Assembly (NCBI GenBank): GCA_002269645.1
Contig: NIVC01000658.1
Span: forward strand, 426,309 to 490,308
Source: Macrostomum lignano
Lineage: Eukaryota
Reading direction: 5' to 3'
Length of the DNA: 64,000 bases
Shown: one piece after another, positions 24,201-35,109 of the stretch
How the letters are laid out: each line of letters starts with the position of its first letter
Numbering within the stretch: the first letter of the stretch is position 1
Program-made: the position numbers and the translations under genes
The notes under the pieces: model-generated
Database searches by the model: none
Seen by the model: only the letters and a program-made list of their open reading frames with translations
What the model was told of the DNA's origin: nothing

Positions 24201-27200
24201 GTGCCTAGAGAGGGCGGAAAGTGTCTAGAGTGCGCGGGTAGTGCCTAGAGAGGGCGGGTAGTGCCTAGAGAGGGCGGGTAGTGTCTAGAGTGGGCGGGTA
24301 GTGCCTAGTGTGCGCGGGTAGTGTCTAGAGAGGGCGGGTAGTGCCTTTAGTGGGCGGATAGTGTCTAGAGTGGGCGGGTAGTGCCTTTAGTGGGCGGATA
24401 GTGTCTAGAGTGGGCGGATAGTGTCTAGAGTGGGCGGATAGTGTCTAGAGTGGGCGGATAGTGTCTAGAGAGGGCGGATAGTGTCTAGATGGGCGGATAG
24501 TGTCTAGAGAGGGCGGGTAGTGCCTAGAGTGCGCGGGTAGTGTCTAGAGTGGGCGGGTAGTGTCTAGAGAGGGCGGGTAGTGTCTACAGAGGGCGGGTAG
24601 TGTGTAGAGAGGGCGGATAGTGTCTAGAGAGGGCGGATAGTGTCTAGAGTGGGCGGATAGTGTCTAGAGAGGGCGGGTAGTGCCTAGAGTGGGCGGATAG
24701 TGTCTAGAGTGGGCGGGTAGTGTCTAGAGTGGGCGGGTAGTGTCTACAGAGGGCGGGTAGTGTCTACAGAGGGCGGGTAGTGTCTAGAGAGGGCGGGTAG
24801 TGTCTACAGAGGGCGGGTAGTGTCTAGAGAGGGCGGGTAGTGTCTAGAGTGTGCGTGTAGTGCCTAGAGAGGGCGGAAAGTGTCTAGAGTGCGCGGGTAG
24901 TGCCTAGAGAGGGCGGGTAGTGCCTAGAGAGGGCGGGTAGTGCCTTTAGTGGGCGGATAGTGTCTAGAGTGGGCGGGTAGTGTCTAGAGTGGGCGGGTAG
25001 TGTCTACAGAGGGCGGGTAGTGTCTACAGAGGGCGGGTAGTGTCTACAGAGGGCGGGTAGTGTCTAGAGAGGGCGGGTAGTGTCTACAGAGGGCGGGTAG
25101 TGTCTAGAGAGGGCGGGTAGTGTCTAGAGTGTGCGGGTAGTGTCTACAGAGGGCGGGTAGTGTCTACAGAGGGCGGGTAGTGCCTAGAGAGGGCGGGTAG
25201 TGCCTAGAGAGGGCGGGTAGTGTCTAGAGTGGGCGGGTAGTGCCTAGTGTGCGGGTAGTGCCTTTAGTGGGCGGATAGTGTCTAGAGTGGGCGGGTAGTG
25301 CCTAGAGTGCGCGGGTAGTGTCTAGAGAGGGCGGGTAGTATCTAGAGTGGGCAGATAGTGTCTAGAGAGGGCGGATAGTGTCTAGAGTGGGCGGGTAGTG
25401 TCTAGAGAGGGTGGGTAGAGCCTAGAGTGGGCGGATAGTGTCTAGAGTGGGCGGGTAGTGTCTAGAGAGGGCGGGTAGTGCCTAGAGTGGGCGGATAGTG
25501 TCTAGAGTGGGCGGATAGTGTCTAGAGAGGGCGGGTAGTGCCTAGAGTGGGTGGATAGTGTCTAGAGAGGGCGGGTAGTGCCTAGAGTGGGCGGATAGTG
25601 TCTAGAGTGGGCGGATAGTGTCTACAGAGGGCGGGTAGTGTCTAGAGAGGGCGGGTAGTGTCTAGAGTGTGCGGGTAGTGCCTAGAGAGGGCGGAAAGTG
25701 TCTAGAGTGCGCGGGTAGTGCCTAGAGAGGGCGGGTAGTGCCTAGAGAGGGCGGGTAGTGTCTAGAGTGGGCGGGTAGTGCCTAGTGTGCGGGTAGTGCC
25801 TTTAGTGGGCGGATAGTGTCTAGAGTGGGCGGGTAGTGCCTAGAGTGCGCGGGTAGTGTCTAGAGTGCGCGGGTAGTGTCTAGAGAGGGCGGGTAGTATC
25901 TAGAGTGGGCAGATAGTGTCTAGAGAGGGCGGATAGTGTCTAGAGTGGGCGGATAGTGTCTAGAGAGGGTGGGTAGAGCCTAGAGTGGGCGGATAGTGTC
26001 TAGAGTGGGCGGGTAGTGTCTAGAGAGGGCGGGTAGTGCCTAGAGTGGGCGGATAGTGTCTAGAGTGGGCGGATAGTGTCTAGAGAGGGCGGGTAGTGCC
26101 TAGAGTGGGTGGAGTGTCTAGAGTGGGCGGGTAGTGCCTAGAGTGGGCGGATATTGTCTAGAGTGGGCGGATAGTGTCTAGAGAGGGCGGATAGTGTCTA
26201 GATGGGCGGATAGTGTCTAGAGAGGGCGGGTAGTGCCTAGAGTGCGCGGGTAGTGTCTAGAGTGGGCGGGTAGTGTCTAGAGAGGGCGGGTAGTGTCTAC
26301 AGAGGGCGGGTAGTGTCTAGAGAGGGCGGATAGTGTCTAGAGAGGGCGGATAGTGTCTAGAGTGGGCGGATAGTGTCTAGAGAGGGCGGGTAGTGCCTTT
26401 AGTGGGCGGATAGTGTCTAGAGTGGGCGGGTAGTGTCTAGAGTGGGCGGGTAGTGTCTACAGAGGGCGGGTAGTGTCTACAGAGGGCGGGTAGTGTCTAG
26501 AGAGGGCGGGTAGTGTCTACAGAGGGCGGGTAGTGTCTAGAGAGGGCGGGTAGTGTCTAGAGTGTGCGGGTAGTGCCTAGAGAGGGCTGAAAGTGTCTAG
26601 AGTGCGCGGGTAGTGCCTAGAGAGGGCGGGTAGTGCCTAGAGAGGGCGGGTAGTGTCTAGAGTGGGCGGGTAGTGCCTAGTGTGCGGGTAGTGCCTTTAG
26701 TGGGCGGATAGTGTCTAGAGTGGGCGGGTAGTGCCTAGAGTGCGCGGGTAGTGTCTAGAGAGGGCGGGTAGTATCTAGAGTGGGCAGATAGTGTCTAGAG
26801 AGGGCGGATAGTGTCTAGAGTGGGCGGGTAGTGTCTAGAGAGGGTGGGTAGAGCCTAGAGTGGGCGGATAGTGTCTAGAGTGGGCGGGTAGTGTCTAGAG
26901 AGGGCGGGTAGTGCCTAGAGTGGGCGGGTAGTGCCTAGAGAGGGCGGGTAGTGCCTAGAGAGGGCGGGTAGTGTCTAGAGTGGGCGGGTAGTGCCTAGTG
27001 TGCGGGTAGTGCCTTTAGTGGGCGGATAGTGTCTAGAGAGGGCGGGTAGTGCCTAGAGTGGGTGGAGTGTCTAGAGTGGGCGGGTAGTGCCTAGAGTGGG
27101 CGGATATTGTCTAGAGTGGGCGGATAGTGTCTAGAGAGGGCGGGTAGTGCCTAGAGTGGGTGGAGTGTCTAGAGAGGGCGGGTAGTGCCTAGAGTGGGCG

Positions 27201-27526
27201 GATATTGTCTAGAGTGGGCGGATAGTGTCTAGAGAGGGCGGGTAGTGCCTAGAGTGGGTGGATAGTGTCTAGAGTGGGCGGGTAGAGCCTAGAGTGGGCG
27301 GATAGTGTCTAGAGTGGGCGGGTAGAGCCTAGAGTGGGCGGATAGTGTCTAGAGTGGGCGGATAGTGTCTAGAGTGGGCGGATAGTGTCTAGAGAGGGCG
27401 GGTAGTGCCTAGAGTGGGCGGGTAGAGCCTAGAGTGGGCGGATAGTGTCTAGAGTGGGCGGGTAGTGCCTAGAGTGGGCGGGTAGAGCCTAGAGTGGGCG
27501 GATAGTGTCTAGAGTGGGCGGGTAGT
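15285..27526 (+). repeat. 12.2-kb satellite of 20-bp units (TAGTGTCTAGAGAGGGCGGG and variants), ~610 copies, with higher-order structure
   Basis: Continuous tandem array; rare variants recur at ~1.02 and ~1.12-kb spacing. Confidence 0.98.
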
Positions 27527-28180
27527 TTATAGTTAATTAGTAAGGCAATAGCGGTCTGTTAAAGAGGCGGATTTTACGCAGCAAAAGAGCTCCGCTCAAT
27601 TAAAGTTTGCCCATACAAAATACTATTTATAGATACGCGTACATGCATTCACTTTTATAACATAGTACTACAAGTAATACATTACTTTGACTAGCCCACT
27701 ACTAAATGCAATGATAAAAAAGAAAATCTACATCGGAAATGTAGATTTTGATTTTTCACTTTTTAATCCCACTATACTGTGCTGCCAGTTGTCCTAATCC
27801 CTTACAAATACAGATGCAGCAAAGAACTCGAAAACCGCTGCAAGCACACAGAATTTTCTGTCAATAAAGTTCTGCAAAAATGAGTTGCAGAAGTGACAAA
27901 TGTTTACTGATTAATTATTAGAAATAAAGTTGATAAATGCAGCAACGCGGCAATCTTAGCTAACTATAAGTCTGAACAGACCCGGCGCAGTGTTTAAGCA
28001 ATATAGTATTAATTTAATTCACCAGGTAATACATAATAATTGACGCCAATGAGGCTTCAGCATTGCAAACTGAGTTTGGTGACTCTTACACGATCGACTC
28101 AACAGATGACATTAACAGATTGGTACCTGTTTGCCGATTAAGGTAACCTTTCACAACCCTGCTAGCTAAGCATTGGATTT

Positions 28181-28968
28181 GCCTCTCCGCTCTCTATCAG
28201 TGCTTGAGAATCTGCCTCTCCGCTCTCTATCAGTGCTTGAGAATCTGCCTCTCCGCTCCCCATCAGGGCTTGAGAATCTGCCTCTCCGCTCTCCATCAGT
28301 GCTTGAGAATCTGCCTCTCCGCTCCCCATCAGTGCTTGAGAATCTGCCTCTCCGCTCCCCATCAGTGCTTGAGAATCTGCCTCTCCGCTCTCCCTCAGTG
28401 TTTGAGAATCTGCCTCTCCGCTCCATCAGTGCTTGAGAATCTGCCTCTCCGCTCCCCATCAGTGCTTGAGAATCTGCCTCTCCGCTCCCCATCAGTGCTT
28501 GAGAATCTGCCTCTCCGCTCTCCATCAGTGCTTGAGAATCTGCCTCTCCGCTCCCCATCAGTGCTTGAGAATCTGCCTCTCCGCTCTCCATCAGTGCTTG
28601 AGAATCTGCCTCTCCGCTCCCCATCAGTGCTTGAGAATCTGCCTCTCCGCTCCCCATCAGTGCTTGAGAATCTGCCTCTCCGCTCCCCATCAGTGCTTGA
28701 GAATCTGCCTCTCCGCTCCCCATCAGTGCTTGAGAATCTGCCTCTCCGCTCTTCATCAGTGCTTGAGAATCTGCCTCTCCGCTCTCCATCAGTGCTTGAG
28801 AATCTGCCTCTCCGCTCCCCATCAGTGCTTGAGAATGTGCCTCTCCACTCTCCATCAGTGCTTGAGAATCTGCCTCTCCGCTCTCCATCAGTGCTTGAGA
28901 ATCTGCCTCTCCACTCTCCATCAGTGCTTGAGAATCTGCCTCTCCGCTCCCCCTCAGTGCTTGAGAAT
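28181..28968 (+). repeat. 33-bp minisatellite (TCAGTGCTTGAGAATCTGCCTCTCCGCTCCCCA)
   Basis: Visible tandem repeat ~120 nt downstream of the pICln stop codon. Confidence 0.96.
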
Positions 28969-29087
28969 CTGCATCTCTTACCCCCTCAATCTCAAATCAG
29001 CAAAACAGGACAAACCGACAGCAAATTGAACAAATAAAAAACAAAAAATAACCAAAAAAGCAAAATAAACTAATTGATAAGGTTGAG

Positions 29088-31667
29088 TCAGGCATCCTCA
29101 AACTGCTCATCAGTGTCCATAGGCTGCTGATCGCCGCTACCAGCAGTAGGAAATCCTATGGAGGCTCCGTTTTCGTCGCCATAGTCGAAGCCGTCGCCGT
29201 TGCCGTCGTCAACATCTTCATCGGCTTCCTCGTCGTCCTCTTCATTGGAGTCTGTGTCCTCCGCGTCCGGGTGCAACGCTTGACAGTCGGACACCGCCTG
29301 GAATAAGCCAGGAGAGGCAAATGCGCGACTGGTGAAGCACCTTAGGAGTCACCATAGTCAGTAGAGAGTTGTTGGCGACAACTTTTTTAGCGATTCTTGT
29401 CTCGGAATTGTTTTCAACGGGTCAATTAAGGAGCAAAACCGCAAATATGAAGAGGTAAACCAGCATACTTAGGTAAATCTGGGACCAAAACTAGGGGTGG
29501 AACGATATCTAATTTATGAGATTTTTGAGACTCAAGATCTATACTTTCCAGATAATCAAGATTCGATCGAGATTCGAAATTAAGCCTTATTTGTATCTGT
29601 AGGTCTATTTACACTATTTTATCGATCAAAGTTAATATTGTAACTTGCTAAATGTATACAGTGATGATAATAGAAATAAAAGCAATGATTACTTAATATT
29701 GAGCTTGTTAATAACTTGATGTATATCAAATGTAAGTATGATATTTAATAACATTGGCAAGCTTCCTGTCTGTTTTGCGACATTATTTTCAAGTTTGAAT
29801 CTGTGGTACAACATAGTGCCTCTGAGCACTAGATAGAGCAGTTTATAGATAAGTAAATCGAGCAGTAGCTAAAGTGGTAGATAAAGCAATAGATAGGGCC
29901 GGCGCGTCGCCACCGGGGGGGGGACATGCCCCCCTCCATTAAAAGCTCTGGGGGGACATGCCAATGCTTTGTCGTGAGTCGTTGCGGTAATCAATTAATT
30001 GCGGTAATTTTTCTTCAGCGCGCCAAAATATAGCGCCTTTGGCGCTAAAATGAGAGCCTGTGGCGCTGAAATGAGTGCCTGCAGAGCTAAAATGAGAGCC
30101 TGTGGCGCTGAAATGAGTGCCTGCAGAGCTAAAATGAGTGCCTGCGGTGCGCTAAAATGAGAGCCTGTGGCGCTAAAAGGAATGCCTGCGGAGCTAATAT
30201 GAGTGCCTGCGGCGCTAAAATGAGTGCCTGCGGTGCGCTAAAATGAGAGCCTGTGGCGCTAAAAGGAATGCCTGCGGAGCTAATATGAGTGCCTGCGGCG
30301 CTAAAATGAGTGCCTGTGGTGCTAAAATGAGAGCCTGTGGCGCTAAAAGGAATGCCTGCGGAGCTAATATGAGTGCCTGCGGCGCTAAAATAAGTGCCAA
30401 AACTTAGTCATGTACATGTACATGTTGAATTTTTGGCTTTGTCCACCCCAACATAAAATCCATGGCAACGCCCCTGGATAGGGCAGTAAAAGTAGCAATA
30501 GATGAAGCAGTAGATAGAGTGATAGATAGAGCAGTAGAAAAGAGCTAGAGGCTAGAGCATTTTCTGACACCACTTTCTATCCATTTTGGCCACAGACATT
30601 ATTTTCTACCATGGGCGATGGCACTATGTTGCAGCACCGATTTAAACTTGAAAATATCAGAAAACAAGCTGGAAGATCGCCATAACTGCAGAATATCATA
30701 GTCACTAATAGTAGTATAATCGTAAATCTTGACTTTTTTTCGAGATCTCGAAACCGAGATCGAGATTGAAAAAAGTGCTGTAATCTTGACGATCGAGACG
30801 ATCGGGTAGCCTAGCGGTTAAAGAGTCGGACTTACGACTTGAAGGTCGGGGTTCGATTCCCGATCCCACTGGCTCAATTTGTGTCCTTGAGCAAGACGCT
30901 TAAGACACTCAACCCTGCATTGCTTCAGTTCACCCCGCTGAAAATGGGTGCCAGCATTAGCTGGGATAATTGAGGCTGTGTGTGGCGACCCCCCCCTTCA
31001 GTTCTTGGACTGAACAGCCTTACGCAGCCTTCAGATGCGCGGCGCAATGGCTGCGGCTGAGCTGTCGGTTGCACATCTGGCCCGATTGGGGCAGGTGAAA
31101 TCAATCATTATATTATTATTACATTGTTGACGATCAAGCTCTTGTCCAACCCCTAACCAAAACAGTGTCGCAATCAACCGCAATCACCTGAAACACTGTC
31201 ATCAGTGCGTCGCCGGGTGCGTCTGCTGGCGCATAAAATCTAACCTCCGTATTCGTCTCGGAATCTTCGTTGTCGTCTTGAAAGTCGCCGCAATCGTCGC
31301 CGTCGCCATCTTCCTCGCCGTCCGCACCGTTGCTGCTCTGGCCGGCCTCGCCGAGCAGATCTCCGCGCACCAGCAGGTACAGGTGCGACCGGGCATCCGC
31401 GCCGCCAGATTTGGCCAGGCCGTGCAGACCAATAGCCGGATAATTAAGCGAGAAACCGACACTCTGAGCTGCACCGTCGCCAAACCAGGCTAGGCGGGAC
31501 TCGGCCACGTACAGGCAGCCGGTGCCCAGGCGGCGACTGCCGAGCCAGGCCTCGGCGCCCGGCATGGAGCAGCGCAGGCCTTCAGTTGGCGGCGGAGGCG
31601 GATTAGAGGCCGCGGCGCCGGGAAAACCGCCGCCAGCTGCCGGCTGTTGGCCTGGGGAGAATGACAT
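29088..31667 (-). CDS. CLNS1A: pICln / methylosome subunit (chloride channel nucleotide-sensitive 1A), 229 aa. Exons 31667-31188 and 29297-29088
   Basis: LGTGCLYVAESRLAW, GFSLNYPAIGLHG, HLYLLV, acidic tract, EVRF, the junction TVFQ|AVSDCQALHPD and C-terminal QFEDA* match the pICln pattern. Phase-0 GT-AG intron. Confidence 0.95.
29900..30476. mobile_element. hAT-type MITE with an internal 21-bp tandem repeat, nested in 29492-31155
   Basis: Ends CGGCGCGTCGCC / GGCAACGCCCCTG; exact 8-bp TSD GATAGGGC (29892-29899 and 30477-30484); internal CTAAAATGAGAGCCTGTGGCG repeats at ~30040-30395. Confidence 0.8.
30804..31122 (+). mobile_element. tRNA-derived SINE with a CORE/Meta-like central domain
   Basis: A box TAGCCTAGCGG, B box GGTTCGATTCC (30850), central GTGTCCTTGAGCAAG...TTCAGTTCACCCCGCTGAAAATGGGT resembling CORE-type SINE domains, and an (ATT)n tail. 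Confidence 0.78.
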
Positions 31668-34600
31668 GATGACAGCTGGGCTGCGGGCGATGGGAGAGAT
31701 TTGACAGCTCTAATATAGCGGTCAGCTAGGGTGAAAATAATTACAATAACTAGATTGTGACTAACAAATTGTGACTGCAAAAATCACTGTTAGCAAAAAT
31801 GTAACATAAAATACATGTTTTTGTGTTTTTATTTTCTAAGAAATCACGAGATACCTTTTTTAATGAGCCACCCCTGTGCCACCCCAGATCGGATGCTGCA
31901 GAAATATCTTGAACATTCTCCACTAACTGGGGGTGGCATCCCAGTTTGGTGCACAAAAGTTACACTAAACTACTATCTACAAGTAAGATGACTGACAACC
32001 CCTCTATGGATTTTACAGAGGGAAGCTAAGATAATCATCACATCACTGATTTGGTAGCCACCACCTTGGTGAATGAGGGGTTTCAAAGCCTTCGACTGGA
32101 CTCCAACTACAATGAGCAGTCCTATGGGGCTTGAATATGTGGCTATGGCTCCTACAGGAGTCCCTCTGGTACCAGGCCACTATCTTGTGGTCACTCAACC
32201 TCAACACTCAGTCCTAATGAGGCTAGAACTTCAGCAGCTTGATGAAGCTCTGCTATAATAGCCAATATATTTAAGAGCATTAGGTCAAGGTTTAAAGAGA
32301 GTGGCTCAGGCCATAAGTCCATAATTCCAATTTGGCTCTATACCATACAAGCCAAAGGCACTATCCTAGCTGACAAATGGTAAATATTCAAGTTAATGAT
32401 GCCATGCCATTTCATGTGATCCATGTTGTCTGGCCATGGCTAGAGTTAGCAACAACTGTTACCAGCCATATAGCTAGCTATATAATAGCCATAACTGCAA
32501 TAGTGGCAAGAGTTATAGCTGTAGCTAGAGCCCTAGGATCCATAGAAATAGCAATATGATATGATGAAATAGTCTATCATTCCTGGCTACATGAGGCCAG
32601 CCTATCAAATATATAAGCTGTAAAGTAAGGACTAAAACAATATTTGTAGTGAATAGCTTATCAATTAATTGATAAATTAGACTAATCATTCTATAATCTT
32701 TTTGTATACTATATGCCTACATTAATAACCTAATTTTATAGTTATCTTCTTTATCTATTAGAGATAAAGATAATGGATATCAATTTTTTATTATATAAAA
32801 CATGTGTGGCTTATTCTTAAAAAGTGCATATATTTTTATATTCATGACTTATATTAAATAATAAAATATATTCTCTTAGCCTATAAGAAAATTATTTTAG
32901 TTTGTTTTTATAATAAGGTTTGTTTTACTCAACCTTAGCCAATAATCTAGCTTTAGCCTTTCTCCTTATTTTTTATATTAAATCAGAAATTAGATTAAAA
33001 AACCAATAACATATATTTATTAATATTAATATAAAACAAAAATATCTTTTTCCCTAGACATTATAGCTACTAGGGGTTTCTATAGTAGGCCTATATGAAA
33101 AGCATAACTAAATTAATTAGTATAATGATATTAACTAAAAAAGGAAATGTTCATAATATATAACACTTTTTACTTTTAAAGTAGAATTTTTTCAAACAAA
33201 AGACTACTAGCTAGAAGCCCAAGAAAAGCAATTGTAGACAGCATATTTAATATTATTCTAAGAATGTTCATGCTTAAAATTAAATTAGTTTGTGATATTA
33301 TATAATATTAATAGGCCCTACATAAGTATTAATTTTTTATACTAAAACATACTAGGCCCAAGATTGTGAATATTGTTAGGTCTAAAAACTTTTCAAATGT
33401 GGGCCCTAACAGTGTTTAATATTAGGCTATTTGCCTATTAGATACTATAATAAAGACTCTTAAGGAGTCTTGGCAAAGATAGGCTTAGTCTGGTGCGCGG
33501 TCATTTCGTCTGCCACCTTTTTGTCTGCCGGCAGACGAAACGACTTTTTAAAATAAGTAGCAAAATAAGTTTTATAAATGGCTGAAATTAATTTATAGTT
33601 TATTTTTAATAAGTAGAATTTACCAGTAATTTTCAGATTTAGAATTAGATGTAGTCTATGTATTTTATTTTTGCTTATCGCAATGTTTCCAAGAAATACA
33701 ATTATTCGTATATAAGCTTTTGTGGTAGTGCGGTCTACCACTAAGTTTTCGACTTAATTTTGACATTATTTTTGCGAAACCACCCTTTCCCGTTCCCTCC
33801 TTCTTCGATGACGATTTTTGTCGTCATCGCCTGTCCGTGGCCTGTCCCATCGTTTGTCCCCCCAGTCCTGTCCCTGTTCCCGTGGTTGTTCCCCTCGTTG
33901 CCCCATCCCATGTTTTTCTGTTTTTACCCGTTTTTCTGCGGGAATCCTTGGGTTGACCCCTCCCGTGGGCACCTTTTCCCCCGGTTGTCCCGCCGGTTGC
34001 CCCGCTTGTTGCCCCACTGGTTGCACCAGGTGTCGGCACAGCTCTTTATTATTTATATGGCCTTCCTGGCTGCTTTTCTGTCATGTGCTCTTGCTTGCTT
34101 GCTAGCTCTTGCCCCTGCTCTTGCTCTTGCTCTCACACTCTCTCTCTCTCTATAGCGTCTAAAATTTTAGTTTAAAATTTAATAGCGACCGCCTTAATTT
34201 AATTAATTTTTCTTAATTAGTCTGCACCTCGGCACAGCCGGAATTATTCTCTTTCGTGGTTAAAACATCGTCGGCTAATTAATAAATAAATTGTCAACCT
34301 GCTCCATACTTAATTTCAATAATATATCGAAGCCCTTGATAGTTTATCTTGAGTCATTTGCCCGCGGGGCATTAAACAACCAAATCAGTCTCAACTCCGA
34401 GCGAGTTTTTGAGACCTCAACGTTCCGTAATACGTAAATTATGGTGGTGGCAGCACTACTTTACTAAGAGTAATCGATTTGAAAATCCAGAAAGAAAATT
34501 TGTGGTGTCTAGACCATTGAGTCTACCGTCTGAACAACCATGCCTGCTCAAGACTGCTCGACTACGATTACGACTACCCTCCCCCCGGGATTGAGGACCC

Positions 34601-35109
34601 GGCTGTTGGAGTAAAAGGAGAAGAAATTCGTTGTGATTCGTCCGCGCAATTTTCCGGATTTAATTTGAAGAAACCCAACTTTTCAAACTCGCCAATTTTC
34701 AAAACGACACCTGTTTATTATCAATCCCACACTTTTTCTTTTCTTCTCCGCCCCCACCTCACTTTAATTGAATCTACGTAGTGAGCTGCGAATGGGATTT
34801 ATAATTTGTGCGCGTGTAACTTACTTATAATAAGTAAAATAAATTCTAACTCGACTAATTGCGTTTGAGCTTTGAAGCTTTGAGACAGTTAAGAGATAGT
34901 ATGGCGTCATGCCATATCATGACGAAAATGCATTGAATTCGTCCAATTGCATAGTTTATTAAATATAAACAAAAATATTCAGAAACTACTCGTTTAAGTC
35001 ATTACTACTAAGAAATGATCCCGATATCTTAATCATTGTTATCTCAAATATCTCAAATCTCAAATTAATGACAACAACTGACATATTTACACTTATTAAA
35101 ACTTTACTA

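Larger units (their letters stand above)
29492..31155. mobile_element. Non-autonomous hAT-like DNA transposon in the pICln intron
   Basis: Imperfect TIRs TAGGGGTGGAACGAT / CTTGTCCAACCCCTA, flanked by an exact 8-bp TSD ACCAAAAC (29484-29491 and 31156-31163). Confidence 0.8.

Noticed and set aside
15285-27526. Possible CRISPR-like array (also considered for the other tandem arrays)
   Set aside because: Units are contiguous with no unique spacers, there are no cas genes, and the context is eukaryotic.
28162-29037. Several 200-280-aa ORFs
   Set aside because: All frames of the stop-poor 33-bp repeat.
30804-30880. tRNA gene
   Set aside because: A and B boxes are present, but I could not build an acceptor stem or cloverleaf, and it continues into a SINE body and tail.
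32040-32560. GC-richer stretch with short ORFs 32073..32258 and 32377..32559
   Set aside because: No recognisable domain in any frame I translated; possibly a decayed element, but unsupported.
33760-34155. Low-complexity ORFs on both strands
   Set aside because: Purine/pyrimidine-skewed interior of the non-autonomous transposon; no domain signal.
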